From Nemertoderma westbladi (Eukaryota > Animalia > Xenacoelomorpha), in NCBI GenBank assembly GCA_032718475.1, contig JAUCBJ010003027.1, positions 1-43,573 of the forward strand: DNA of 43,573 nucleotides. Reading direction: 5' to 3'. Below the pieces are notes generated by a model that saw only the letters and a list, made by a program, of their open reading frames with translations, was not told the origin of the DNA and did no database searches. Of the stretch, positions 22,260-33,589 are shown piece after piece (position 1 is the first letter of the stretch; every line of letters starts with the position of its first letter). Made by a program: the position numbers and the translations under genes.

Positions 22260-23962
22260 GTACTTTATTCCTCCGAATCCCGTTTTATTTATCTCCTCTA
22301 CTTTATTTCCCCCAGGAACCTCGGTTTATTTACCCCCTCTACTTTATTTCCCCCAGGAACCTCGGTTTATTTACCTCCTCTACTTTATGTTTATTTACCT
22401 CCTCTACTTTATTTCCCACAGGAACCTCGGTTTATTTACCTCCTCTACTTTATTTCCCCCAGGAACCTCGGTTTATTTACCACCTCTACTATATTTCCCC
22501 CAGGAACCTCGGTTTATTTGCCTCCTCTACTTTATTTCCCCCAGGAACCTCGGTTTATTTACCTCCTCTACTTTATGTTTATTTACCTCCTCTACTTTAT
22601 TTCCCACAGGAACCTCGGTTTATTTACCTCCTCTACTTTATTTCCCCCAGGAACCTCGGTTTATTTACCTCCTCTACTATATTTCCCCCAGGAACCTCGG
22701 TTTATTTGCCTCCTCTACTTTATTTCCCCCAGGAACTTCGGTTTATTTATCTCCTCTACTTTAAATCCCCCAGGAACCTCGGTTTATTTGCCTCCTCTAC
22801 TTTATTTCCCCCAGGAACTTCGGTTTATTTATCTCCTCTACTTTAAATCCCCCAGGAACCTCGGTTTATTTGCCTCCTCTACTTTATTTCCCCCAGGAAC
22901 TTCGGTTTATTTATCTCCTCTACTTTAAATCCCCCAGGAACCTCGGTTTATTTGCCTCCTCTACTTTATTTCCCCCAGGAACTTCGGTTTATTTATCTCC
23001 TCTACTTTAAATCCCCCAGGAACCTCGGTTTATTTACCACCTCTACTATATTTCCCCCAGGAACCTCGGTTTATTTGCCTCCTCTACTTTATTTCCCCCA
23101 GGAACCTCGGTTTATTTACCTCCTCTACTTTATTTCCCACAGGAACCTCGGTTTATTTACCACCTCTACTATATTTCCCCCAGGAACCTCGGTTTATTTG
23201 CCTCCTCTACTTTATTTCCCCCAGGAACCTCGGTTTATTTACCTCCTCTACTTTATGTTTATTTACCTCCTCTACTTTATTTCCCACAGGAACCTCGGTT
23301 TATTTACCTCCTCTACTTTATTTCCCCCAGGAACCTCGGTTTATTTACCTCCTCTACTATATTTCCCCCAGGAACCTCGGTTTATTTGCCTCCTCTACTT
23401 TATTTCCCCCAGGAACTTCGGTTTATTTATCTCCTCTACTTTAAATCCCCCAGGAACCTCGGTTTATTTGCCTCCTCTACTTTATTTCCCCCAGGAACTT
23501 CGGTTTATTTATCTCCTCTACTTTAAATCCCCCAGGAACCTCGGTTTATTTGCCTCCTCTACTTTATTTCCCCCAGGAACCTCGGTTTATTTACCTCCTC
23601 TACTTTATTTCCCCCAGGAACTTCGGTTTATTATTATCTCCTCTACTTTATTTCCCCCAGGAACCTCGGTTTATTTACCTCCTCTACTTTATTTCCCACA
23701 GGAACCTCGGTTTATTTACCTCCTCTACTTTATTTCCCCCAGGAACCTCGGTTTATTTACCTCCTCTACTTTATTTCCCCCAGGAACTTCGGTTTATTTA
23801 TCTCCTCTACTTTATTTCCCCCAGGAACCTCGGTTTATTTACCACCTCTACTTTATTTCCCCCAGGAACTTCGGTTTATTTATCTCCTCTACTTTATTTC
23901 CCCCAGGAACCTCAGTTTATTTGCCTCCTCTACTTTATTTCCCCAGGAACCCCGGTTTATTT
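22260..23962 (+). repeat. 41-bp minisatellite made of the acceptor junction (CCTCTACTTTATTTCCCCCAG|GAACCTCGGTTTATTTACCT), ~40 copies
   Basis: Read directly; the last unit is the real acceptor at 23946/23947. Confidence 0.95.
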
Positions 23963-24178
23963 CCCGACTCGGACTCGCACAACCCGATGGATCTCCGCTC
24001 CGGCCGATCGTCCCGTTGCTGCACCCCAGACCCCTTATCGTCGCCCTCTACCGGGCCGATGCTGCCCGCTACCTTGCACAACGTCGCAGCGCCGCCGGCT
24101 ATCTGCGCCGTCCCTTCCGGGAACCGGAGACGTCGGACGTTGGAAATGTTCCGGACGGATTTGGTAACCGCCATGAAG
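23947..24178 (+). CDS. JADE: JADE-like gene, coding exon 3 (NPGLFPDS...EMFRTDLVTAMK)
   Basis: FRTDL(I/V)TAMK is the JADE N-terminal motif; AAG|GTTCGT donor. Confidence 0.85.
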
Positions 24179-25307
24179 GTTCGTTGGGTTGCCACGAATG
24201 TATCCGCATACGGGTACCATTACCACTATATCAACCTCGTGTCTGAGTGTAGTAAAGTAAAACTTAGTAGGATTGGCTAAACGATGAAATAAGTTTAGAA
24301 AGTTAACATTCAGACAGACATCTACAGTTCGTCTGTTGGCCGCTAGAAGGTTCATTAAATGTCCTCACATTTATTTGCTTTTAAGCTGAAACTTCTGAGA
24401 TATACATGGTAGGCGATAGACCATCCACAGCCTGCGCCTTTTACGGAGGCGGTAATCCGTCGGCAGTTCTCCAGTCTTCCGCTAGGGGGCTGAAAGTGTC
24501 TAAAATTAAAACCTTCACCCATTTTCTTGTTTAATATCATTTCTTTCTGATTGCTAACTGGCCCATATTATATTCTAGACACCAGACTTAGTTTTTGTGA
24601 GTATTTAATCTACGGCAGTTACCCAATCTGCTAGAAGGGGGCGGTTAAAGTAATCAGCTGAAAGTCTTCATGTTTATAAGTAACTACTCATCTAACTAAA
24701 AGTAAACAAGTACATAAAATATGTATTAAGATATTATAATCTTAGACATAAACCACCTGCTTTATTGGAACAATACTAGGCCTACTGACGCTGTGAGACG
24801 CTCAAGACACCGTCACCAAGTATAATTTATTATAGCTGCTTTGGGTGAATGTCTGTAGTTTCATATTATTATAACTTCTCCCAGCCTTGAGGTCACCAGT
24901 TCGATCCCACCTGGACCTCATAGCCGACTTTGCAAAGCTGTTTCCTATACGAGAGTTATAATAATCTGAAACCACCAAATCGCCCAAAACACTAAATACT
25001 CAATTAAAAAAATATAACGCCATTTCTCGATGGGTGTAACTGTCATCTTTTAAAAAAAAATTTAAATAATAATCAATTGTAATTCTTTTCATTAGAACAT
25101 ATTGACCTTTTTCTTTTCTACGACGCACCATGTGCAAAATTGGAACTGGCTCTGCACGGGATCGAACCCGGGACCTCCATGCTAGATTCATAGCGAGTGT
25201 CCGCTCGACCATCTAGTTGGTGGATGTGACTTTTGGATGTTTACCTTTTTTAATATAATTATTATTACTAATAGTAATTATTTTATAAATAAATAAACTA
25301 TATCTAG

Positions 25308-25626
25308 ATGCCGGCGTCCCGTACGTTCAACCAACCCGGCGAGGACTACCTATTGCTTAGCGACCCCTGGCGGCTGGAATGGGAACGCGGCGTGCAGGTT
25401 ACGATGCACAAACACGCCGTTAGAGTTCCCGTCTTCCAGGTCACCGCCGCGGGGGGGACGGACACCAAGTGCCGACGTTCGGCCGGCTACGTGGCCTTCG
25501 ACGCCGTCCACGAAGAGGTCCGAGAACAGTCCCGCACGGTGTACGAGGTGGATGAGTTAGACCTGGTCTGGTTGGAACGAGTCAATCGTTACCGCAACTG
25601 GAAGAAACTACCCAAAATCGCTTTGT
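25308..25626 (+). CDS. JADE: JADE-like gene, coding exon 4 (EPL1/EPC-like region)
   Basis: DPWRLEWERGVQV and YEVDELDLVWLERVN; TCTAG acceptor, T|GTGAGT donor in phase 1. Confidence 0.92.
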
Positions 25627-27195
25627 GTGAGTTTCAGAAATGAATATGAGTTGAGCTGCTGTTCACGAATACAATTTTCGCTTATCAATTTTGGAAAGTC
25701 TTTACTGAGTCTATTAGGGAAATATTTCGTGGAAATTTATTAATTACATATTTAACTTTATTAGTACGTAACTAAATGTAATACCTATAGGTTTTTTTTA
25801 AACTTCACCCCCAAGCGGGGTAATCTGACATGAGTCTACTGTTATAACTAAATAATTATAGTAAAATAATGTAATATAATAGTCATATAAAGTTTAAGCG
25901 GTCTCTGCACGCCAGACTAATTGTGGTGCATTTGGGCACTGTAGAACGATTTTGGCAAGTCGTTTCACATAAACTGCAAATAGATTCCTCCGAGAGTCGG
26001 TGGAACGGCGCTGGGTTCCTGCAGATAAGGTGATGCGAAACCCATGGCTCGTGGTCTTCTATAAGATATCGCGGTTGTTTTTATGGTTTGCTGATCGCCA
26101 TGTTGTCGGAGTTCGGAATGATGGCCCCAAAGTTATCACCCCTTTTCTGAATAATTATTTTATCGATATCTTTTAAATTTGATGCATTGAAATATCTAGC
26201 AATTTGTGGGAGAGCGTACATTACAGCATAGGAGCCCAGCCCAACACCTACAGGGGGTATTTAAGGAATACCCTACCCTGGGTTAGATCTCTCTAGTGTT
26301 GCCACTAAAAGTTGCGGAACCCTATACCGCATGGAAATTAAAATCCCTGAAAGTAAAAATTCGGTAAAATGGGATGAAAGGGCCTGAAAATATGCAAATT
26401 AATGCAATTGAAATATTTCTGAAAAATATACATGAAAAAGAAGTAAATATCAGCCATGTTCGTTAGTTTATATCATGCTAGTTGAATTACAATCCCAGTA
26501 TTTGTCAGATTTGTACAGTACCAATTATACCTTAATTTTTAACATGCATGAGTTATGAGTATGTAAGAGTAATGATAGGCGAAATGATAGGTGAGCATTG
26601 CAATTAATTTAGTAAAAGTTTTGTACAATATGTACAGTATTGCATGAAATGAGATTATGACTGATATTCTCAGTAAATCATGCATTCGTCTTGCAAGCTT
26701 ACCGCTCTAGTTGTATGATTCAACTTATCCTGTTTTTTTGTATTGGGTACAATCTTTCAGATCGTAGGTGTGGATGGGTGTCGCGGTGTGGGGTAGGGTA
26801 GTGGGTTGGTGTATGTTGATTTTATGTTCATTTTTGTCGGAGAGCGAGAGTGTGAGAGGTGATGAGTTGGGGCAGTTCCGCGGCAATAATAATACTGCCT
26901 CTCAATAAAGAGGCCCCCTTTACTGCTATCAGGGACGCGTTGTTTGTCAGAGCCCCGTCAGCAAAAACAGCCAGTACCGCTAGTCGGTGGGGTTGACTTG
27001 TTGACGAGAGGCTATTTACAGGCGCATCGGTCAACCCTTACTGACCAAATTTTTCCATTTTTTTTCACATTTAATTAATAAGTCATTAATTCCAATATAA
27101 ATATTCGAAATAAATATATAAAAATTGAAATATTTAAATATGACACCAGTTAGTTGGTTTTGTAAACAAATCATCATCTATTTATTTCCTCTCAG

Positions 27196-27578
27196 CTACG
27201 TTTGAGGATATAATAGAGGCCGTTGAAGTCAACGTGATGGACAACATTGGGGAGTTGGTGTACCGAGACGAACCTCTGGAACTGATGCAGTACGACGAAG
27301 CCGTCATCTGCGACGTGTGTCGGTCCCCTGACGCTGACCCCGACGACGCGTTGTTGCTATGCGACGCGTGCAACGTGGGCGTCCACCAGGGTTGCTATGG
27401 CGTTGCCACGGTGCCGCGCGCGGCCTGGTACTGTCGCCCGTGCGCCCTGACTCGCCGGGTGGGCGGGGTGAACCCCGTCTGCGTTCTGTGTCGCAAGGAG
27501 GGCGGGGCAATGAAACCGTGTCGGGGAGGCGGCAACGATGCATGGTGTCATCTGTCGTGCGCCTTGTGGATACCTGAG
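27196..27578 (+). CDS. JADE: JADE-like gene, coding exon 5 (PHD1 and start of Zn knuckle/PHD2)
   Basis: ICDVCRSPD...CDACNVGVHQGCYG...WYCRPC...CVLC..GGAMK...WCHLSCALWIPE; CTCAG acceptor, GAG|GTGAGT donor. Confidence 0.95.
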
Positions 27579-28306
27579 GTGAGTGTCAGTGGTACCGGAC
27601 CGGTACCGGCTACAGGTACGGGTACCGGAGGTGAGTGTCAGTTGTACCGGTACCGGCTACTGGTACGGGTACCGGAGGTGAGTGTCAGTTGTACCGGTAC
27701 CGGCTTCAGGTACGGGTACCGGAGGTCAGTTGTACCGGTACCGGCTACTGGTACGGGTACCGGAGGTGAGGGTCAGTTGTACCGGCTACTGGTACGGGTA
27801 CCGGAAGTGAGTGTCAGTTGTACCGGTACCGGTACGGGTACCTGAGGTGAGTGTCAGTTGTACCAGTACCGGCTACTGGTACGGGTACCTGAGTTGAGTG
27901 TCAGTTGTACCGGTACGGGTACCGGAGGTGAGTGTCAGTGGTACCGGATCGGTACCGGTTCCGGCTACTGGTACGGGAACCGGAGGTGAGTGTCGGTTGT
28001 ACCGGTACAGGTACCGGAGGTAAGTGTCAGTTGTACCGGTACCGGCTACTGGTACGGGTACCGGTGTTGAGTGTCAGTTGTACCGGTACCGGCTACTGGT
28101 ACGGGTACCGGTGTTGAGTGTCAGTTGTATCGGTACCGGTTCCTGCTACTGGTACGGGTAACGGAGGTGAGTGTCAGTTGTACCGGTACTAGTACCGGAG
28201 GTAAGTGTCAGTTGTACCGGTACCGGCTACTGGTACGGGTACCGGTGTTGAGTGTCAGTTGTACCGGCACCGGCTAGCGGCTACTGCTACGGGTACCGGA
28301 GGTGAG
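27568..28306 (+). repeat. Donor-junction minisatellite (47/34-bp units, GGGTACCGGAG|GTGAGTGTCAGTTGTACCGG...), left part
   Basis: Read directly; the first unit is the real donor. Confidence 0.95.
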
Positions 28307-28589
28307 TTTTTTTTTTTTAACATTAGATTGCGTTTTTTTTTTTTAGTAGTAGTTCCGGGAAAGCGGCCCGGCCCTGTATTCGATAAACAATATTAAAATG
28401 CACAATATAATTATGATTACCTACGCTAAAAACTACAATCTAAAAACTACAATCTACTGCATTATCTCGCGATAAACGTACAAGAAGAACTTATTTTTCG
28501 TCTATCGAGAGAAATTAATTTATAATTTACTATTTAATATTTGTGTGAAAGAAAATAAATGTACCTGTGAACAGAAATAACTGCCAGAT

Positions 28590-31500
28590 TTATTGAGTTT
28601 CAATTAAGTGTTGCTTTAGTGCCTTCTTGAACATTTGGGCAGAGCCTTTGAACCGTTGCAAACTGTCAGGAAGTTCATTCCATAAATTAAGACCCCTGTA
28701 TAGTAAGTGTGAGCGAGCAAAATTAGTACGTGGTGATGGTAATCTATAATGGAATTGCTGTCTAGTTTTCCGTCCGTGAATACTGATATTAGTTACCATT
28801 TTTATCTTAAAATTTTTGGGTACAAAACAGTAGTTCATGCGGTAGTTGTATATCGTTTTCAAACTGAGGAATTTGTACATTGCATTAATTTTAAGAAATT
28901 TATGATTTGAAAAAATTGATTGTGTTGGGTGTCGGTATGGTTTTAATTCAACGATGCGGACAGCTTTCTTTTGTAGCCGGACTAGAGGATTAAGAGTGCT
29001 GTCATTAATATTACAATTACCCCAAACAGTTAAAGCATACGATATATAAGGTTCTACCAATGTATTATATAGGAGCTTCCTAATCTGTATTGGAACGAAA
29101 TGCTTGATCTTATTTATTACACCTACGTTTTTTGATACTTTTATGCGAATATTTTGTATATGTAAATGCCATGAGAAATTTGATTGGAGGTGAATACCAA
29201 GAAATTTAATATTTTCAGTATAGTTTATTGTTCGCCCATCGATTTTGACCCCTGTGTTTTTTGGATTATATGGCTTCATTGAGAACACCATATATTTTGT
29301 TTTATCGAGATTTAAAGATAGTTTATTTAAGCAAATCCATTGATATATTTTATGTATTTCTTTGTTCATTGTTGATATCAGATCATGTACGTTTTCGCCT
29401 GAAATAAATAAGTTTGTATCATCAGCGAAGAGTATGAAATTTACGATTTTTGAAGAATTTGAGATGTCATTTATGTAAATTAAAAATAAAATTGGGCCAA
29501 GGACAGACCCCTGCGGAACTCCACATATCACATCAAGTGTATCTGAAATTGTTCCATTTAAATCAACGTATTGGGTTCGATTGTGGAGATAGCTGGAAAA
29601 CCATGCTAATGGGGTTCCGCGTACACCGTAATGCTCAAGTTTTTTTAATAGGATTGAATGATTAACGGTATCAAAGGCTTTGCTAAAATCCAAGAAAACA
29701 CCAAGTGTAAGATGTTTATTTTCAATAGCATCTGACAAATTAGATTGCAGGAGAGTGAGAGCTGTTATAGTTGATTTTTCCGATTGAAATCCGAACTGAT
29801 TTTCATAAATAATAGAGTTTTTTTTCATGAAGTTTACGAATTGTCGAGAAACAGCCTTTTCTAGAATTTTCGAAAAAAATGGGAGTATACTTATAGGACG
29901 GTAATTTCCAAATTGATCGGCGTTACTATGTTTGAAAATAGGTACAATTCTTGCCACTTTCATTAGATCTGGGAATATTCCCAGAGATAATGATTGATTA
30001 AGGATGTGTGTCAATGGATGGGCTATGTAGAGAAAGTTTTGCCGAGCGATTTGAGAATCAACACCGTCCGAACTCAAGGCTTTTGAATTGGTTATTGATG
30101 AGGCAATATCATATACATCTTTAGTACTTAGTGGTGAAAAGTATAGTGAGGATGCGGTTTGGTTACCTAGGGTATCATATATGGAACCATTAGTATTAGG
30201 AATATTTTTCGCTAAGTTTGGACCTACATTACGATAAAAGTTATTGAATCCATTTGCAATCGCTGTGTTATTCCTAATTGACGAATTGTTTACTGTAAAT
30301 GTATCAGGATAGTTTTGAGGCGAGCATGAGGCTCGGGGATTTATAAGTGTTTTTATTATTTTCCAGGTTTTCATCGTATTATTTCTATGAATATTAAATA
30401 ATTTCTCAAAATAAGCTTTTTTTGCATTCCTAATTATTTTAGTAAGTTGGTTTTTATAAGCCGTATATTCTATTTTTTTGCTTAGAGATCTGCTATTAAT
30501 GTATTTTGCATATAGTGCATGCTTACGTTTGATACATTTATAAATACTTTCAGATAGCCAAGGTTTATCGCTATTTATTATCTTTATTTTTTTAGTGGGA
30601 AAACATTTGTTATATAGCTTCTGATATATTTCAATAAACGTATTGTAAGCAATATTGGGGTCACTTTCTTGCGTAACTTCTTCCCAGCCTCCATTGTTAA
30701 AAGTTTGTTTAAGGATCTCCACAAATTTTTTACTGTTTGTTTCCGATCTATCCGTAACTAAGATGTAAGATGGTTTACTATGTTTACTGGGAATTGTTAT
30801 TTCAGAATTGACAAATATGGGTAGATGGTCAGATAAACTGGCTACAATTATTCCAGATTTACGAATGTTTGTAATATCGTTTGTTATGATATTATCAATA
30901 CAGGTTGCAGTAGTTTCTGTTATACGAGTTGGTTTGGTAATAACAGGATCAAAAAACTGTTCTGATAGTAGTTCAAAAAAATCAGTTGGTTGTTTATGGA
31001 TATTAACTCCTAACATATCTATGTTAAAGTCGCCAAGAAGGTAACAAATTTTATTTTCTGTATTAATCTGTTCTAAAATGTGCTTTAATTTCCTTAGAAA
31101 GCCAATTACATCTTTTGCAGGTGGACGATATATACATCCTATGATAATATTTTTTGCATTTTCTCGATCCCACTCGGCAAAAACTGACTCCAAATCAGGC
31201 TCATCTTTCTCGAGATCGTGGCGGGGTTTGCAATTCAAGTTATTGCTTAAATAGAGACTACATCCCCCGCCACGTTGATTGGCACGAGGTTTGCTATGGT
31301 AAATTTTGTATCCATCCAGCTGATAGTCATTAAGGTTGTCCTTTTTCAACCAAGTTTCAGTTAGAGCAATTGCGGAAAAGGGTTTCTCTATTATTTGTAA
31401 TAAATCGTATAGATTATGAAAATTCTTCGGAACACTCCTTATATTCGTATGAAAAAGAGACAATCCATTTTCTTGCTGATTTTTTAAGTTAAAATCTGTT

Positions 31501-31934
31501 GACACCAAATTGTTAAAGTAACGACATTGAATTTTAGTGTAAATGTTATTTAGTATATTGCTATCTGGATTATTGTCTCTGTCAAATTCAAAATTGGTGT
31601 CACCTGCATTCAAATCTGTCAGTCTAACTGTATTAGAGGTTAAAAGGTCAATATCGATTATCGAAGGCAATCGATAGTCGTATATTGTTAAAAGAAACTC
31701 ATCTTCGTCTATAATATTTGTGAAAGGCAGTGCATTAAAAATACAATGTGGGCAAAACCAAATGGACTGAGATAAGAGTTGTTTAAATTCTGAAAATTTA
31801 AGAGATGGGATACAACGGTAGTGAACAAATTGCTTACAAGCAGCACATTTCAATTTAGAGATATTGGAGCTTTTTATTAATTTAGTGCAATAGTGGCAAG
31901 TGCTATTTTGAATCATATAAAATTTAAGATTCAA
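28590..31934 (-). CDS. LINE ORF2: PHD finger, APE endonuclease and reverse transcriptase
   Basis: NIRS/LTETWL/IYRPP/GDFNID/SDHLP (APE); YRPIS, FLDFSKAFD, GVPQGSVLGP, FADD (RT); 1114 uninterrupted codons; first ATG at ~31916. Confidence 0.95.
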   Translation of the reverse strand: MNLKFYMIQNSTCHYCTKLIKSSNISKLKCAACKQFVHYRCIPSLKFSEFKQLLSQSIWFCPHCIFNALPFTNIIDEDEFLLTIYDYRLPSIIDIDLLTSNTVRLTDLNAGDTNFEFDRDNNPDSNILNNIYTKIQCRYFNNLVSTDFNLKNQQENGLSLFHTNIRSVPKNFHNLYDLLQIIEKPFSAIALTETWLKKDNLNDYQLDGYKIYHSKPRANQRGGGCSLYLSNNLNCKPRHDLEKDEPDLESVFAEWDRENAKNIIIGCIYRPPAKDVIGFLRKLKHILEQINTENKICYLLGDFNIDMLGVNIHKQPTDFFELLSEQFFDPVITKPTRITETTATCIDNIITNDITNIRKSGIIVASLSDHLPIFVNSEITIPSKHSKPSYILVTDRSETNSKKFVEILKQTFNNGGWEEVTQESDPNIAYNTFIEIYQKLYNKCFPTKKIKIINSDKPWLSESIYKCIKRKHALYAKYINSRSLSKKIEYTAYKNQLTKIIRNAKKAYFEKLFNIHRNNTMKTWKIIKTLINPRASCSPQNYPDTFTVNNSSIRNNTAIANGFNNFYRNVGPNLAKNIPNTNGSIYDTLGNQTASSLYFSPLSTKDVYDIASSITNSKALSSDGVDSQIARQNFLYIAHPLTHILNQSLSLGIFPDLMKVARIVPIFKHSNADQFGNYRPISILPFFSKILEKAVSRQFVNFMKKNSIIYENQFGFQSEKSTITALTLLQSNLSDAIENKHLTLGVFLDFSKAFDTVNHSILLKKLEHYGVRGTPLAWFSSYLHNRTQYVDLNGTISDTLDVICGVPQGSVLGPILFLIYINDISNSSKIVNFILFADDTNLFISGENVHDLISTMNKEIHKIYQWICLNKLSLNLDKTKYMVFSMKPYNPKNTGVKIDGRTINYTENIKFLGIHLQSNFSWHLHIQNIRIKVSKNVGVINKIKHFVPIQIRKLLYNTLVEPYISYALTVWGNCNINDSTLNPLVRLQKKAVRIVELKPYRHPTQSIFSNHKFLKINAMYKFLSLKTIYNYRMNYCFVPKNFKIKMVTNISIHGRKTRQQFHYRLPSPRTNFARSHLLYRGLNLWNELPDSLQRFKGSAQMFKKALKQHLIETQ

Positions 31935-32263
31935 TAAAATTAAGACAAAATAGGAGAAAACAATGCAGTAGATTAAAACTAAAAAAACAAACTAACTAAC
32001 TAATACGCTACAAGTAAACGCTACAAAGCCTAGTATATATGTAGGATAAGATAGTTAGTGTAAAAGCTATAGGGAGTAAACAGTTCAAGCAGTCAGTAAG
32101 TCCTTTCCTAAACACTATTATGGCTAGACTGTGTCGTATATTTTGGCGAAATGGCCAATTGTAGTTTTTTAGAAATAAAACTAAATTTCCCTACACTCAT
32201 TGCAACATTGTATGGTGTAAACACAATAATATTACATTCCAATGTCATTTAATCTATGTGACC

Positions 32264-33292
32264 TCAGAAACCATGAAATACTGTATCACCTTCCCCACCT
32301 GGATCGCTGCTGGTTGATTCTATTGGGTGTGTCAACTCGGTTCCGTTAGGAGCACTTTTATTGTGGTTCTTGTCTCTAGAAGGAGGTGGGTTGGTGGTCA
32401 GTGCTGCGCCTGCCGGTGTCGGTCCAGTGCGATTGTAGCGTTTCCGGTTCCGCTCGACCTTCTCCTCCAGAGTAAAATGCTTAACATGTTTAACGTCGTC
32501 GTCGCGTTCAATTTCGATTTTGTTACCCTTTTTATCTATAGCAAAGATGCGCCCATCTCGCGACCAACCAATCCCATTTACACGAATACGTTTTAGTAAA
32601 TCCCGTCTACGGGGCGTTAAGCACTCGGTTATAAAGCTTGGCGAAGAGCGAAGGCGGTGGACCTCTTTGAATATTCTCGCCCGTGTTCTATATCGGACTA
32701 ACTTGACAATAATCGGTGGATTATATTTACGATTACCGATGGTATCTATGGGGGCTTTGCTAGGAAGGCGATGACATCTATCCAGATCCCTTTCATCGAT
32801 ATTGAGATTTAGAGATTCCTTGAAGAATTGAAGCACAACATTACAGGTATCGTCTTCGGATTTCTCACCTGGAAGTTGCTCCAATCCGTGGATCAGGACA
32901 CAATTCCGACGTGAATATTGCTCGGCATTATCGTGACGTAGGGATAAATTATTGGCAAAATCAGTGAGATTACTTTTAATTTCTTCGATTGAATCACGTA
33001 TTTTCTCTACCTCGAAATTAACAAGAGACTTGATTGTATTGATTAAGGACGATCGTTGTTTAGCACGAAGTTGCTGTTCCGAACTGGATCCACTGCCTGT
33101 CACAGTATGACTGGAGATCTCTAATTCTGACCGGTCGTCTAATGCTTTTGATACTATTTCAGCGATTCTATCGTCCAATCCATCGATGTTGTCCTGTAGA
33201 CCACCAAGACGCTCCATTTGTTCCGAGATGGATTTGTTAAATACGCCAGACGATGTCGTACCTTTCTTCCCTTGTTTAAGTTGTTTGGGCAT
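32264..33292 (-). CDS. LINE ORF1 (coiled coil plus RRM-like L1-ORF1/transposase-22-like region)
   Basis: EQYSRRNCVLIHGL, DLDRCHRL, PIIVKL, FITECLT, WSRDGRIF motifs. Confidence 0.9.
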   Translation of the reverse strand: MPKQLKQGKKGTTSSGVFNKSISEQMERLGGLQDNIDGLDDRIAEIVSKALDDRSELEISSHTVTGSGSSSEQQLRAKQRSSLINTIKSLVNFEVEKIRDSIEEIKSNLTDFANNLSLRHDNAEQYSRRNCVLIHGLEQLPGEKSEDDTCNVVLQFFKESLNLNIDERDLDRCHRLPSKAPIDTIGNRKYNPPIIVKLVRYRTRARIFKEVHRLRSSPSFITECLTPRRRDLLKRIRVNGIGWSRDGRIFAIDKKGNKIEIERDDDVKHVKHFTLEEKVERNRKRYNRTGPTPAGAALTTNPPPSRDKNHNKSAPNGTELTHPIESTSSDPGGEGDTVFHGF

Positions 33293-33589
33293 GATTGAAT
33301 CCGTAGGCTAAGGTCCTGAGGATTGTGTTCACGTGCTTTTTTTAAAATAATTATTGAGTGAATTGCTATTTAATGTTGGTAGATCGATCATAATAGATGG
33401 ACCTGATAAATCCCAGTTGTTAAGTTTTATTGTTAATTATAATGATACATTGCGGCCGTTAGTCGCCTCCTTTACGGCACAGTCAGATTACTGCTAGACT
33501 ACGAAGCTACCGGTACCATGTACCGCTACACTACTGTTCAGTAGGAGTATGTATCTTAATTAAGTATTTATGAGTAGTTATTAAGTTTT

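Larger units (their letters stand above)
28307..33589 (-). mobile_element. Apparently full-length CR1-group LINE (~5.3 kb), antisense in the JADE intron, inserted in the minisatellite
   Basis: 5'UTR, ORF1, ORF2 and poly(A) (T-run 28307-28318); the same array resumes at 33590. Confidence 0.92.

Noticed and set aside
22218-23946. Long hydrophobic ORFs as independent membrane-protein genes
   Set aside because: Stop-poor 41-bp repeat; only the part from 23947 is supported as an exon
31745-31900. LINE PHD captured from the host JADE gene
   Set aside because: No similarity beyond the zinc ligands, and its AT-rich composition matches the LINE rather than the GC-rich JADE exons
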